Shown: positions 1 to 11,860 of the stretch, one piece after another | How the letters are laid out: each line of letters starts with the position of its first letter | Numbering within the stretch: the first letter of the stretch is position 1 | Origin: Amphiscolops sp. MND2022 | Lineage: Eukaryota | Direction: 5' to 3' | Length of the DNA: 64,000 bases | NCBI GenBank assembly: GCA_964187785.1 | Contig: OZ076410.1 | Location: forward strand, 86,490,001 to 86,554,000 | The notes under the pieces: model-generated | The model's input: the letters and a program-made list of their open reading frames with translations, nothing else | What the model was told of the DNA's origin: nothing | Databases searched by the model: none | Made by a program: the position numbers and the translations under genes

Positions 1-1551
1 TCAAATCTAGAGAACAAATCTTTCCATCTCAGCTTGTTTCAAAAGACACCGAAAAGACGAAGACAAAAGGGAAGCTTACGCTAGATCCAAATCTCCTCAA
101 AAATCATTTGTACAATACTTCCGTTCTCATTGCATTTATAGAACAAAACGCTATGATACACGATACCGAAGTAGAAGTACATCACGAAATAAATCTTACA
201 ACAACAACAATTCACAAAACAGATATCGCTCTACAACTAGAGATCGATTTAGATATGACAAAAGTACTACTCATCCACACTACACTAGATCACGATATGA
301 CAACTACCAAAGAGACTCGCGATCTTATCGCTCTCCTTATATATCCTCATACAGATGACCTTATAAACGTGACTCTCGTCACAGATACAGATCACGCTCA
401 TATTCAAGAGATAACAACAGATTTACATCTAATTTTCAGACCATCTTTCAGACCTAGAGATTCTTGGTTTTCTAGATCTCGCTCACATTCCAATACAAAA
501 AAAGCAACTCAATACAATTCAACCCAAATTGGCCCAATTAACTTTGAAGTACAAATGTATCACCCATTTGAAATGGGAAACGCTGTAACACCTACGAGTT
601 GGTTTTACTCTTTATATACCCATACTCCATCAAACCAAAACCAACGTGACTCCCTATATAGATTGGAAATTTCTTTCCTTTTGGATAGCGATGCTTCCAT
701 TTCTGTATTAAACAAACCTACCTATATTACAAGTGCAGATTTTCTTAATAATAAACAAAATACTACACTGAATGCTTCAAAAACTTTAACTGTTGCAAAT
801 CAAACTGAAGTTCCTTTTTTGCATTATGTGAGCGTAATTCTTAACACAATAATAGCAGACGAGTCTTGTCAATTTACAATACTTTTTGCAGTTGCTGACA
901 TGAAATACAACATTCTTGGAACACAATTCTTTGAAAATACAGAACATAAACATCCAAGATTTTACATTACAGTTCAAACACCAATTAAAAGTCTATCCAA
1001 ATTATACAAAATTTAAATCACTCTTATCCAAAGACTACCCATGTTTCTCATGTATACAGAATCAATTCTGAAACACAAATTCGTCTGAAACCTAACTCTT
1101 CCAAAATTGTAAACTTTTCAATAAAAAAAATATTTTAACCTTCATTTTACAACTTTGCCACAAATCAATTCTTTCCTACAATTCCACACACTTTTTTCTC
1201 TACTAAACTTTATACAAAGTTCAATTTTATTGAAGTTTTCACAGATGATAAACAAAACACTTGTGCGAAAAACATCCAAAACTCTACAAACTATGTTGCA
1301 ACAACCCCTACCGGTCCTATTGGATACATAGAAGTTCCAATTACGAACGAAAAACCTAAATATTACATAAATGACATTAACACTCTAATACACTATGTTA
1401 CCCATACAAACCATCCTGAAATCACAGAAGTTATACCACAAACAAATTACTCTTTACAATATACAGAAGACATAGTTCCTTTTCATCATTTTTCACTACA
1501 CCAAATATATATGACAAATTCTGACATACCACCAATAACTTCAGTCCTTTA
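1..1551 (+). mobile_element. Ty3/gypsy family A, first (partial) copy: gag 3' end (RS-rich) + aspartic protease + PR-RT linker
   Basis: Near-identical to 6985-8535 (offset ~6984 bp). Protease motif FLLDSDAS is present in ORF 108..1016. Similarity to the second copy stops at ~1551-1555. Confidence 0.9.
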
Positions 1552-2360
1552 CAACTGCATTACACATCTGCGGCCAACTGACAGCTCGCGAGACCATTTT
1601 CATGTAGCCCGTTAAGAGGATCAACAAAACTTCATATACATATGTTAAAGAAAATGCCAAAAATCACAACATACAGGGCAATTTCAGGACATTACCGTTA
1701 ACCACCAGGTGTAGAGCCTCAGATGACATACAAACAATGTAAAAAGTCTAGAACATCTCTGCGTAAACATCTCCAACCAGAGCCAGCTCGTTCTGGGCGC
1801 CAATCACCAGATGGTCGGCTCTATTAAAACCATTAAGGGAAGCAGTCCGAAGCGATCCCTCTGAGTTCGCCATGAAATGTGATTTCTCCATGTAAGGCCA
1901 AGCTGTCACCATTGCCGCTGCTCACTCAATAGAGATGGAGGAACACATGGCATGGTAATTTGCCCGGGAGAGTCGCTCATGGCCATGAGTTCATTCTGCC
2001 TCCCTCGCGTAAAAACTGTCCTGTCAGATGAGGATTCCGTTTCGTGTGGAGTGCTGAAAAGCCTGATCCAGTCTGTAATTGCTATCAGTAGCGTGAATTA
2101 CGCTTTTTCCTCGAAGCTACCGCTTAGATAGTAATATACCTATGGTTCATTCTTTATTCATCTTCCCCCTCCCATATATTGAATAACTACAATTGATTTA
2201 TTGAATTATTGAACTATGTATTTTGAGTTTTGATGTATCTAATTTTTATTCAATACTATATTTCATACTGTAACGCACTTTCTGATTTATACTACAACAC
2301 AGCGAAATAAAGTCTCCACTGTTCAGTTGCCTTCCCTTCAGACCTAATATCTGCAGCTCA
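1552..2360 (+). mobile_element. 5'-truncated LTR of gypsy family A
   Basis: Non-coding and more GC-rich than its flanks. AATAAA at ~2306, ends ...GCAGCTCA, followed 2 nt later by PBS-like TAGTGAC (TGGTGAC with one change). No second LTR in the window to confirm. Confidence 0.6.
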
Positions 2361-2362
2361 AT

Positions 2363-2369
2363 TAGTGAC
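2363..2369 (+). promoter_or_regulatory. Degenerate primer-binding site of gypsy A
   Basis: TAGTGAC directly after the CA end of the putative LTR. Confidence 0.4.
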
Positions 2370-2504
2370 TTTTTTCAAAGTACTTTCCAGCTTCAAAACA
2401 ATCTAACATCCATACGAGCACACCAAAACCAAGCACTTTAACTTGCGAGACCAAGAAAATTCTTCATTCCTTCATCTTTTCTACTGTAATAAAATCTTTT
2501 TTAG

Positions 2505-2820
2505 TTTCTGTACTAATCAGATCCAGTGGTACGATATTTCTCATGTCGGTACAAAATAATTCATTTCTTCTGTACAAATCACCATAAAAATTGATCGACC
2601 TCGTAGTCGGTACATCTTCAATTTCTCTGCACTAATCACAACAAAGTGGTACGACCTTGTAGTCGCTACAATGCTTCCTTCTGTAGTAATCCAGTTGGTT
2701 CGACTCCTGTTGGTACAAGTGAAGTACTGATCATCTTCGATTCGACATTTTTGTCGGTACACCCTTTTCTGTACTAACCAAAAATTTTTTTGGTTCAACA
2801 TCTCTGTTAGTACAACAAAC
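2505..2820. repeat. About 6 degenerate 45-60 bp tandem units (TTCTGTACTAATC...GGTACGAC...GTCGGTACA) in the gypsy A leader
   Basis: Paired GTAC-containing motifs recur, e.g. at 2507, 2569, 2627, 2680, 2723 and 2768. Confidence 0.65.
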
Positions 2821-3821
2821 ATTTCATCCCTTTTTATACCTTTTTTTGCCTTCTCTAAAAGATTCTGTTTGTCTTTCCATAATTTTGCTGTATTTTTGAG
2901 GCCTTCTCGCGATTGTTTTTCTTCTCGTCGACAAATTCATGATTGATTTTATTCCCCGATAACAATTTGAAATCTCACTTCAAATTTTACACTGAGAATT
3001 TTGCAACGATTTTTCTTTTTGCCTCATACATTTTTGCGATGCTCGTTTTTCTCACGCATCTGTGATGCCATGATGCATTTCCCCATTTTTTTTCGAATAT
3101 TTATCTAACCTTGAAAGGTACCCACTTTTCTTACGACAGATTGATGAAACTTGGTGATAACTTCATCTTATCAACTGTCACTTTAAAAGGATTAGCATGA
3201 TTGTAATCTTTTGTAATCATTGATGAGATTACTGAAAAATTATAAACAGAGAAATTAGAATCTGATCTACTGAACAGTCTTCCGGTAGAATAGACCTAAA
3301 CTGAGATCTCAGAGAAAGAATTGTGAAATAGCTATAGCTGGTAACTTAGACGATTTGCTGTTAGGATTCCAAGACTTCTTATGTACTCCATGAAAGATCT
3401 AAAACTAACAATACCACACATCTTATACAACTCAATTGGTGCGATCACGAAAATTTTTTTCTCTCTTCTCTGGTACCGCAAATCTACTCTTCTTGTACAT
3501 CTTTTTTCAACCTTGTCATCCGATATCTCTTTGTCTCATTGTTCGACGCACCATCTCTCCTCCTCTTTTCATCATCTACCGTTCATAACTTGACGTTCCA
3601 AACAGTTTTCTTCATCATTGAAAATTGATTCGTTTTGGTATGGTTCTGACTACGTCAACGAAAGTAATTCCTGTTTGTTGAAATTCCTTCCGTTCCAACC
3701 GCGCAGACGTGTGATACGTGTTGGTCTTTCTACAGTGCAATGCATTCATTCCTGCTAGTAAAAACACTTTCGTTCTAGCAGCTTCGATCAACTTTAACGT
3801 TGGCACACCTACAATACACAA
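2541..3821 (-). pseudogene. Probable decayed antisense accessory ORF in the gypsy A leader
   Basis: ORF pieces 3615..3821 and 2541..2822, plus a manually read frame ~3655-3060 (…KIFVIAPIELYKMCGIVSFRSFMEYIRSLGILTANRLSYQL…DYNHANPFKVTVDKMKLSPSF…EKWVPFKVR…EKKWGNASW) with several stops. The plus strand here is pyrimidine-rich, unlike the A-rich gag strand. Confidence 0.4.
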
Positions 3822-4052
3822 TACATTTCCAACAACACATTATTTTGATACACATCATCCTTTCTAGAATATCCAGTACATACGAACACTTTTTCTAAAA
3901 CAAAGTTTAACGGATCGAAATAAACATTTTACGTAAAATTAACAAACAAAAGACCTAACTTTCAAACCCTAAATAACATATTCAACAATTTTCTTTCTAG
4001 TACATATTATACTACAACTTTTAAAACATAACTTTTCACCTCAGATATATAA

Positions 4053-4430
4053 ATGCATTCAGCTGATGATATTGTAAAAATCATTATATGCGTTTGGATC
4101 TCTTTTGCACTTCTTGCTGGCCTTGCTCTTTTCTTTGACACTTTTTTGGTACCTTTTACACCTAAATTCCAGTATATAATGTTCTTCCTCTTTATGCTTA
4201 CAAGTATAGTACTACCTCTTTTTGGACTACTTAGTATCTATCATACCTTTTGTACACTTATTGCCTATATTCCTAATATATTTCTTCTCAACATTTCTTC
4301 TTTGTACAGTACTTACAATGTTTCTCCAAACTGTCTTTGTAGATCAAATAATACCATACAACTTTATTTTTCAAGTAAAATATCTTATTGTACAGTACAT
4401 CTATCCTCTATGACAAACCTATTATTCTGA
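4053..4430 (+). CDS. 125-aa hydrophobic ORF with two predicted TM segments immediately upstream of gag
   Basis: ATG start, uninterrupted. Hydrophobic stretches IVKIIICVWISFALLAGLALFF and YIMFFLFMLTSIVLPLFGLLSIY. Confidence 0.5.
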   Translation: MHSADDIVKIIICVWISFALLAGLALFFDTFLVPFTPKFQYIMFFLFMLTSIVLPLFGLLSIYHTFCTLIAYIPNIFLLNISSLYSTYNVSPNCLCRSNNTIQLYFSSKISYCTVHLSSMTNLLF

Positions 4431-4449
4431 TTAGTCATTAAAGAACACA

Positions 4450-7400
4450 ATGCTTCCTACACCGTTTTTATTATTATCTGACCAACGTCAAAAACGTTCA
4501 CTTACTCAAGATGTTGCACCATTTTTAAATAACATCATCTTTCAGCAGTACACAACCCTCTCTCTTTCGAATCAGAAGCCCATACAATACAAACCATTCC
4601 TTTGATTCGATAATATTGTGTCTCTTATCCGTAAGACACTAGAAGTAAGACAAACAGAAACTCCTTTTCAACTTACCTTTAACCCAGTCCAAGGTATAAA
4701 GACAGGAACATTTTATAAAACAATTCATCCACAAAAAAAACCTTATCTATACAAGATGTTTTAATTATTCATATGAACAAACGCATAGAAGACAATGAAA
4801 ATGTAGAGCCACCACTATACCTTCCTTCCCACTCAGAAAGTCTCAAAGAAAAACATGAACTTTTTGAAGTTCCAGATCTTGGAACAAAATTACAACGACA
4901 TGATAATCCTCACTATTGGGTACAACAAGAGATACTACAAATCAAACAATTCCAGTACAGACTCTTCCAGAGCATCATACTCAATGAAGATACAGTTCCA
5001 CAATTTGAAACACTTTCCGAATGTTTGTTAAAATTTCTTAGATTTAACTATCAGTTACTATGGGAACAACAAGATCAAGACGCATATATCAACTTTCCTC
5101 AAGTATTAACAGAAGTTGAACTTCTACAATTCGAAATCGTTGAAAGAAATAAACATTCACATTGCAGAGATCTTACATCCTTTAGCACAAATTACTTTGA
5201 ACTAATCAAATTTGATAATGATTTTAGAATAGAAAATTCTGAAACATCAGACAAAAGACCCCACACAACATCTACTTCGTTTGAAGAAAGTGATCACGAA
5301 ATTTCACAACTCAATCCAGATAATAACAAACAAATATCCCAAAATCAAGAACCTCAACAACTAAACATAGTACTACATTACAAAACTTACCAGATTTTTT
5401 TAATACTCTTACAGTTCAAAATGTTTCAAAACTCTCTGATACAAACACAAACAACCCACAACGTTTTACAATAACTAACGATTCAAACATATTACAAATC
5501 CCTGTGCGAAGTGCTACTCAGAACACAAACAATGACCAAAATCAAGATAATACGTCCACATTATCTACATCAAACACTACTGAAACTAAACCATTCCCAA
5601 CACAACAACCATCTCGAAACTATGACCCACCTCCTCTGCCAACACAATATTCTACTCAAACTACTCCATATAACTCTCCTCAACAACGTTCCTCCAATAC
5701 AAATGGCACTAATACCCTTCAAGTTCAATCTGAGACACAATTTTGCACTACTACTCATCCAAGACAACCAATCCTGCAAACTTTATTGTACACTCCAGCT
5801 CAAACCACACAAACTCAAAATATACAACCTGGTGTAACCATCAATACACCTCACTCAAGTATTTTATCTAACCATATTACCTCTAGAAATCTTTCTAGAC
5901 CTCCATTACAAATTATTCCTAGTAACCCATTATCATACAGTCTTACGAGTACAAATCCAAATAACACAAACCCTTTTCGACAGTTAATAATCAACAAAAC
6001 TTTATTAATCAATCCTCCACATCCTTCCTCATCCATATATTATATCACAAAAGATGACACAAAATACACGATCTCACACATCTAATCGTGCCTACACAAA
6101 TATAAGAAACAAATCCTCACATTAAGACTTAACCTTTTTTTACATACACTTAACCTTTTACAAATCCACAAAATATATATTGAAATACTTCCATTACACC
6201 TACCTACAATACTGTGTTTCCATCTACAAAACCCCAATATACAGTTTCAAATCCAACATATATTAACTCATATACATCAATTTCTAAACCTATCAAACCC
6301 TTTGAGAGTTTAGATCATAATTATACACAAGAAGAAAATTTACAACATATTGAGGCACGTGTTAGATTTTCACTAGGTTATCAACCTACGTCTGACATTG
6401 AATATAAATTTTGGCACGCTAGAAGAATGGTTTTTATACAATGTTTTCAACTGGTACAGTTCTTAGTTGGTACATTCGTTTACATAATACTTATAAACAA
6501 GATTGGCACGATTAAAAAAAACAATTTTCTTCTCAGAAAAACGCCGCCTACTATGCTCAAGTAGAAGCCCTTTATTTAATGAAAAAGGACAATGAAACAG
6601 TTCGCCACTTTGCACTCAAAGTTCAACAACTAGTTGAAAAAGGCTGGTGCAATGAAAATGTTTCCACAATTAACTTAAAATGCAACGAAAGCTTTACAAA
6701 AGGACTTCCGAAAAGCCTAAAAGGCTCTGCTAACAAAAGACAAGTAAACACGTCTCTACTTTTTTGAAACCCTCAATTCCATTCCATAAACTGGTCAAAC
6801 TTGTTGATGCGGAAGACATAGCAAATGATACAATTAGAACACATGATCTTCCTCTTGAAGTAAACAACATTGCAAAACAATGACAAACTCAAACTCTTGA
6901 TTCATCACAACAAAAACAACTTATATTTACACAACCTAAAGACCCAAAAAATAAAAATAAACCTGCATATAAAAAATATTGCTCCTATTGTCAGAGAACA
7001 AATCTTTCCATCTCAGCTTGTTTCAAAAGACACCGAAAAGACGAAGACAAAAGGGAAGCTTACGCTAGATCCAAATCTCCTCAAAAATCATTTATACAAT
7101 AATTCCGTTCTCATTGCATTTATAGAACAAAACGCTATGATACACGATACCGAAGTAGAAGTACATCACGAAATAAATCTTACAACAACAACAATTCACA
7201 AAACAGATATCGCTCTACAACTAGAGATCGATTTAGATATGACAAAAGTACTACTCATCCACACTACACTAGATCACGATATGACAACTACCAAAGAGAC
7301 TCGCGATCTTATCGCTCTCCTCATAGATCCTCATACAGATGACCTTATAAACGTGACTCCCGTCACAGATACAGATCACGCTCATATTCAAGAGATAACA

Positions 7401-7530
7401 ACAGATTTACATTTTTTTTCAGACCATCTTTCAGACATAGAGATTCTTGGTTTTCTAGATCTCGCTCACATTCCAATACAAAAAAAGCAACTTAATACAA
7501 TTCAACCCAAATTGGCCCAAATAACTTTGA
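4450..7530 (+). pseudogene. gag: Gypsy A gag (fragmented): N-terminal domain, Q/T/P/N linker, capsid, CCHC-like knuckle, RS-rich tail
   Basis: Capsid-like KPFESLDHNYTQEENLQHIEARVRFSLG…WHARRM and KKDNETVRHFALKVQQLVEKGW…FTKGLP. Knuckle CSYCQRTN(L)SISAC. RSRS/RY-rich frame ~7050-7450. Many frameshifts. Confidence 0.85.
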
Positions 7531-7537
7531 ATTACAA

Positions 7538-7999
7538 ATGTATCACCCATTTGAAATGGCAAACGCTGTAACACCTACGAGTTGGTTTTACTCTTTATAT
7601 ACCCATACTCCATCAAACCAAAACCAACGTGACTCCCTATATAGATTGGAAATTTCTTTCCTTTTGGATAGCGATGCTTCCATTTCTGTATTAAACAAAC
7701 CTACCTATATTACAAGTGCAGATTTTCTTAATAATAAACAAAATACTACACTAAATGCTTCAAAAACTTTAACTGTTGCAAATCAAACTGAAGCTCCTAT
7801 TTTACACTATGTGAGCGTAATTCTTAACACATTAATAGCAGACGAGTCTTGTCAATTTACAATACTTTTTGCAGTTGCTGACATGAAATACAACATTCTT
7901 GGAACACAAATCTTTGAAAATACAGAACATAAACATCCAAGATTTTACATTACAGTTCAAGCACCAATTAAAAGTCTATCCAAATTATACAAAATTTAA
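7538..7999 (+). pseudogene. pol: Gypsy A aspartic protease (active site DSG changed to DSD)
   Basis: FLLDSDASISVLN and NILG motifs. The same DSD is present in the copy at 1-1551. Confidence 0.85.
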
Positions 8000-8639
8000 A
8001 TCACTCTTATCCAAAGACTACCCATGTTTCTCATGTATACAGAATCAATTCTGAAACACAAATTCGTCTGAAACCTAACTCTTCCAAAATTGTACACTTT
8101 TCAATAAAAAAAAATATTTTAACCTTCATTTTACAACTTTGCCACAAATCAATTCTTTCCTACAATTCCACACACTTTTTTCTCTTCTAAACTTTATACA
8201 AAGTTCAATTTTATTGAAGTTTTCACAGATGATAAACAAGACACTTGTGCGAAAAACATCCAAAACTCTACAAACTATGTTGTAACAACCCCTACCGGAC
8301 CTATTGGATACATAGAAGTTCCAATTACGAACGAAAAACCTAAATATTACTTAAATGACATTAACACTCTAATACACTATGTTACCCATACAAACCATCC
8401 TGAAATCACAGAAGTTATACCACAAACAAATTACTCTTTACAATATACAGAAGACATAGTTCCTGTTCACCATTTTTCACTACACCAAATATGTATGACA
8501 AATTCTGACATACCACCAATAACTTCAGTCCTTTATATTGTACAACCTACTTCTCACACTTCAAAACCTCGAATTTTTCCCTCATTACCATACACTACAG
8601 AAAATCTCAAATTCAAAAACAAATGAAACTTCTACTTTT

Positions 8640-9505
8640 CTGACTTAACTGGTACTGAATATATTACACTTTGTAATTTGATACGCCAATGAAAAACATG
8701 CTAGGCTTCACACAAAAATGATGTTGGTAAAATTGCAACCCAAATTCGTTTTAGACTCAAACCAAACGCTCAACTTACTACACAACGTCCTTCTAAAGTA
8801 CCAATTCATTACCATGACAAACTCAATACTCTTTTTAACGAACTAGAAAAACAGAACGTTATCCAACAAATTGGTTCTTCTCCACAAGACAAACCAGCTT
8901 ATGCCACAACCTCTTTAAATCCCCTTATTATAACACCAAAAGGAGACTCTACCAAATGTGTATTAGACGCTAGACATCTTAATTCAAAAACAGAACAATC
9001 TGACGCATCTTGGCCTATTGAACCTCTTGCTCCTCAATTAGCACGCACAAACAAAAAATACAAGAGTGCAATAGATCTCATGTATGCCTACGCACATACA
9101 CCCCTTGATGAAAAAACAATCAAACTCAGAAGTTTCTCATCAGGTGATGAACTCTTCGTTTTTATACGACGGTTTTATGGTCGTGAAGGACTTCCAAATT
9201 TTACTACAAATCAAATGTTGAACTTCTTTAAAACTCCTCTTTTTGAACAAGGTTTTGCTCTTGTTTATTTTGATGATATTTTACTCCCGTCAAACTCAAA
9301 AGAACATATGTTTCAACTTTTTGAACAAACTACATATTATCAAATTAGCTCCTGAGAAATACTTATCATGCTTCTCAAAGTCAATTTTCTGGGACATGAA
9401 TTTGGTTACAATACAATGAAACCCATCCACTCCAAAATTGCAGCTTTTCACAAAATTCCTTCTCCTACTGGAAAAGTTGCTCTAATGAGTTTCATCGGCG
9501 CACTC
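8640..9505 (+). pseudogene. pol: Gypsy A reverse transcriptase; RNase H and integrase deleted after ~9505
   Basis: QRPSKVPIHY, CVLDARHLN, SAIDLMYAY, ALVYFDDILL, VNFLGHE, IPSPTGKVALMSFIGAL. The sequence then jumps directly to post-integrase tail sequence. Confidence 0.9.
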
Positions 9506-10260
9506 ATTGTACCTCAAGAATATCTCATCCAATTCGAAGATTTTTTGTTGTCTTGCAACATTCCTACCACAATCGTAAAACCTCTTACTGTTATCAAACC
9601 CCTAAATTTTTCTCCACTCAATCTTATTACACTGCTCTTTCAAAACAATTACATTCCTATAACGAACTGCTCTTCTTTTCTGCTAAAGTCATTTCCTTAA
9701 TGGTACAAACCGAAAACAAATCTGAACACAAACCTCCTCTTCTAGAACATACATCACCCATTCGTACTATTTTGACAAACACTCTTCTATACTCAATAGT
9801 CGTACGCTTCGTGATATAACACAACTGCTAGACCCATACAAACGAAACCCATCTGACTTGCATATCACCATTCTCACAAATCTCATTCACTGTCCTGAGA
9901 GAACACACAAATCTTACAATCCCTTGACTTAGATTCACAACGTATCACACAATCATCACAAACAATAAAATCTGCTCTTGATTATATGACTAGTCTTTTC
10001 AACTCAACTAATCTTCAAATCTCCACACAGGTATTACAAATTTCCTAATCTTTAACCCCCATGGAACACAAATGGACATTAAGGTTTTCCATGAATCCGT
10101 GAATGTTGTTTTACTTTTAAAAACCTATGGTACATACACTCTACATTCAAAACTTTTCCTTGGAACTATTCTATGTTGTTTTACTCCTAAAAAACCTATG
10201 GTACACGCCCTACACATCAAAAACTATTTCTACAAGAAAACTACAATACAAAATTAGCCC
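9506..10260 (+). pseudogene. Remnant of long post-integrase Pol tail of gypsy A
   Basis: IVPQEYLIQFEDFLLSCNIP aligns with CVPQQALNLDDDFLLPTNIP at 62834-62893 (11/20 identical). Confidence 0.6.
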
Positions 10261-10461
10261 GTTCTAACAATATATAGCACGAAACGTTTATAGTACAGAC
10301 ATTGATAAAAAACGAAGAATTTTTCTGTTCACAGAAGTCTTTTGTTATAGAAAAATCAATTCTTCTTCCTCCTTCTTCTTTGCCTCTTTGGTCGAAGCCC
10401 ACTACGGTGAAACTATATTATCAGGACTTCTCACAAACTCCAAACACATCGTCGTATTACA

Positions 10462-10840
10462 ATGGCTCCTCCAGATCCTAAAACAAATTCCAAATTCATT
10501 TCATCTAACAACGCCAACAGTTTGAAAGCAGCTATATTTCACACCATGGCGTTTAAAATGTCTCTGGAGATCAACAATGACACAGTTACATTTCCTACGA
10601 AAAGATCCTTCTTAAAGGTCTTCTACAACATCTGTAAAAGAAAGAAAAAGAATATAAAATTCGAACATTAAACTTCATCTCAAGGGCCCTGAAGTAGCCA
10701 TTTGTGAAACCGCATCAAATATGGTTTCCGTCTTGAACTCGTTCTTCACTACAAAAGACCATAACTTTCAAGTTGCAATCGCTGAAGCTTGTGAAGCTTT
10801 CAATAAATGCTGTCACATTTCGGGTACACTCAAAATCTAG
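10462..10840 (+). pseudogene. Extra 3' ORF of gypsy A (frameshifted)
   Basis: ORF 10462..10671 (MAPPDPKT…ICKRKKKNIKFE) continues in another frame as PEVAICETASNMVSVLNSFFTTKDHNFQVAIAEACEAFNKCCHISGTLKI*. Confidence 0.4.
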
Positions 10841-11140
10841 AATTTTATGACCCACAGACGCATCAAGTCAATCCTCCACAATCGCATCCGTTTTGCTGAA
10901 TAAAAAACATACTTACTTTCACTCTTATTGTTTCACTACTTGACTTTCTTTTTGATGATGATGTCTTTTTGATGATTGTAGTTGAACAAGTTGTTCACTT
11001 CCTTCAAACCTCCATACACGGGAAACTTTCTCTACTATGATGGACTTTCGTCTCATGCACTATCAACTCGTTTGTTCAACGCCATTCACCGTTCCTAACT
11101 GGTATTCTTCATCGAAACTCGACATCTACACCTTCAAACC

Positions 11141-11265
11141 CACTGGTCACTGGTCAATGGTCTTCTTGGTCACTGGTCATCTCTATCGTCAATGGACTTC
11201 TACATCTTCAAACTCACTGGTCACTGGTCTCCTACATCGTCACTGGTCTTCTACTTGTCACTGGT
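11141..11265. repeat. Seven CACTGGT heptamers in the gypsy A 3' region (copied at ~14072-14196)
   Basis: CACTGGT at 11141, 11148, 11171, 11215, 11222, 11241 and 11259. Confidence 0.85.
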
Positions 11266-11860
11266 CAACACCCCGTTCCTTCGCTCCAGAAAAACACTCC
11301 CAGGAAGGAGCTTTAAACTGACTCTACAGTATTTCAAACAATAACTAATTTTTTTACTCTTAAAACTTTTATTTCAATACATCCACCATAACAACCACAA
11401 TTTGGACCCATTATAACTTTAATCATTCAACCGTGTACTCGTAGTTACTTATTATAATTTTATAATGATGTTGATCGTAGTCTATAACAATAGCCGCATG
11501 TTAATCTAGCAACCACAAAAATTGAAATCTTATTACCCAATGTATGTTAATTTGTAACATTTGCAATGACAGAAATTGTACCTCTTAATAATCTTTCATT
11601 GTCATTGTGTAAAATTCGCAAATCATTCAATCCTCCATTGATAAACGTGCATAGTACAATATGATTCTACCTTCTTCTTACAGTACAAAAACCCTTCCTA
11701 TGATACAAAATGTCTTCTGTCCAAATAACACGAAAACGTTCATTTTACTTAAGAGTACAACATCTTTTACAAAAATTTGAAAAAAACTTCCAAGTAGAAC
11801 AAATTCTTTGCTTCCTATTTGCTAGTCACTTCTGTTGAAAATAAACTCGAATTAGAATCT

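Noticed and set aside
6870-7571. Long D/H/T/I-rich ORFs (also 108..550, 25044..25418, 25813..26166, 29887, 31708, 33530) as separate genes
   Set aside because: They are shifted-frame shadows of the RS-rich gag segment; Arg/Ser codons read out of frame give few stops.
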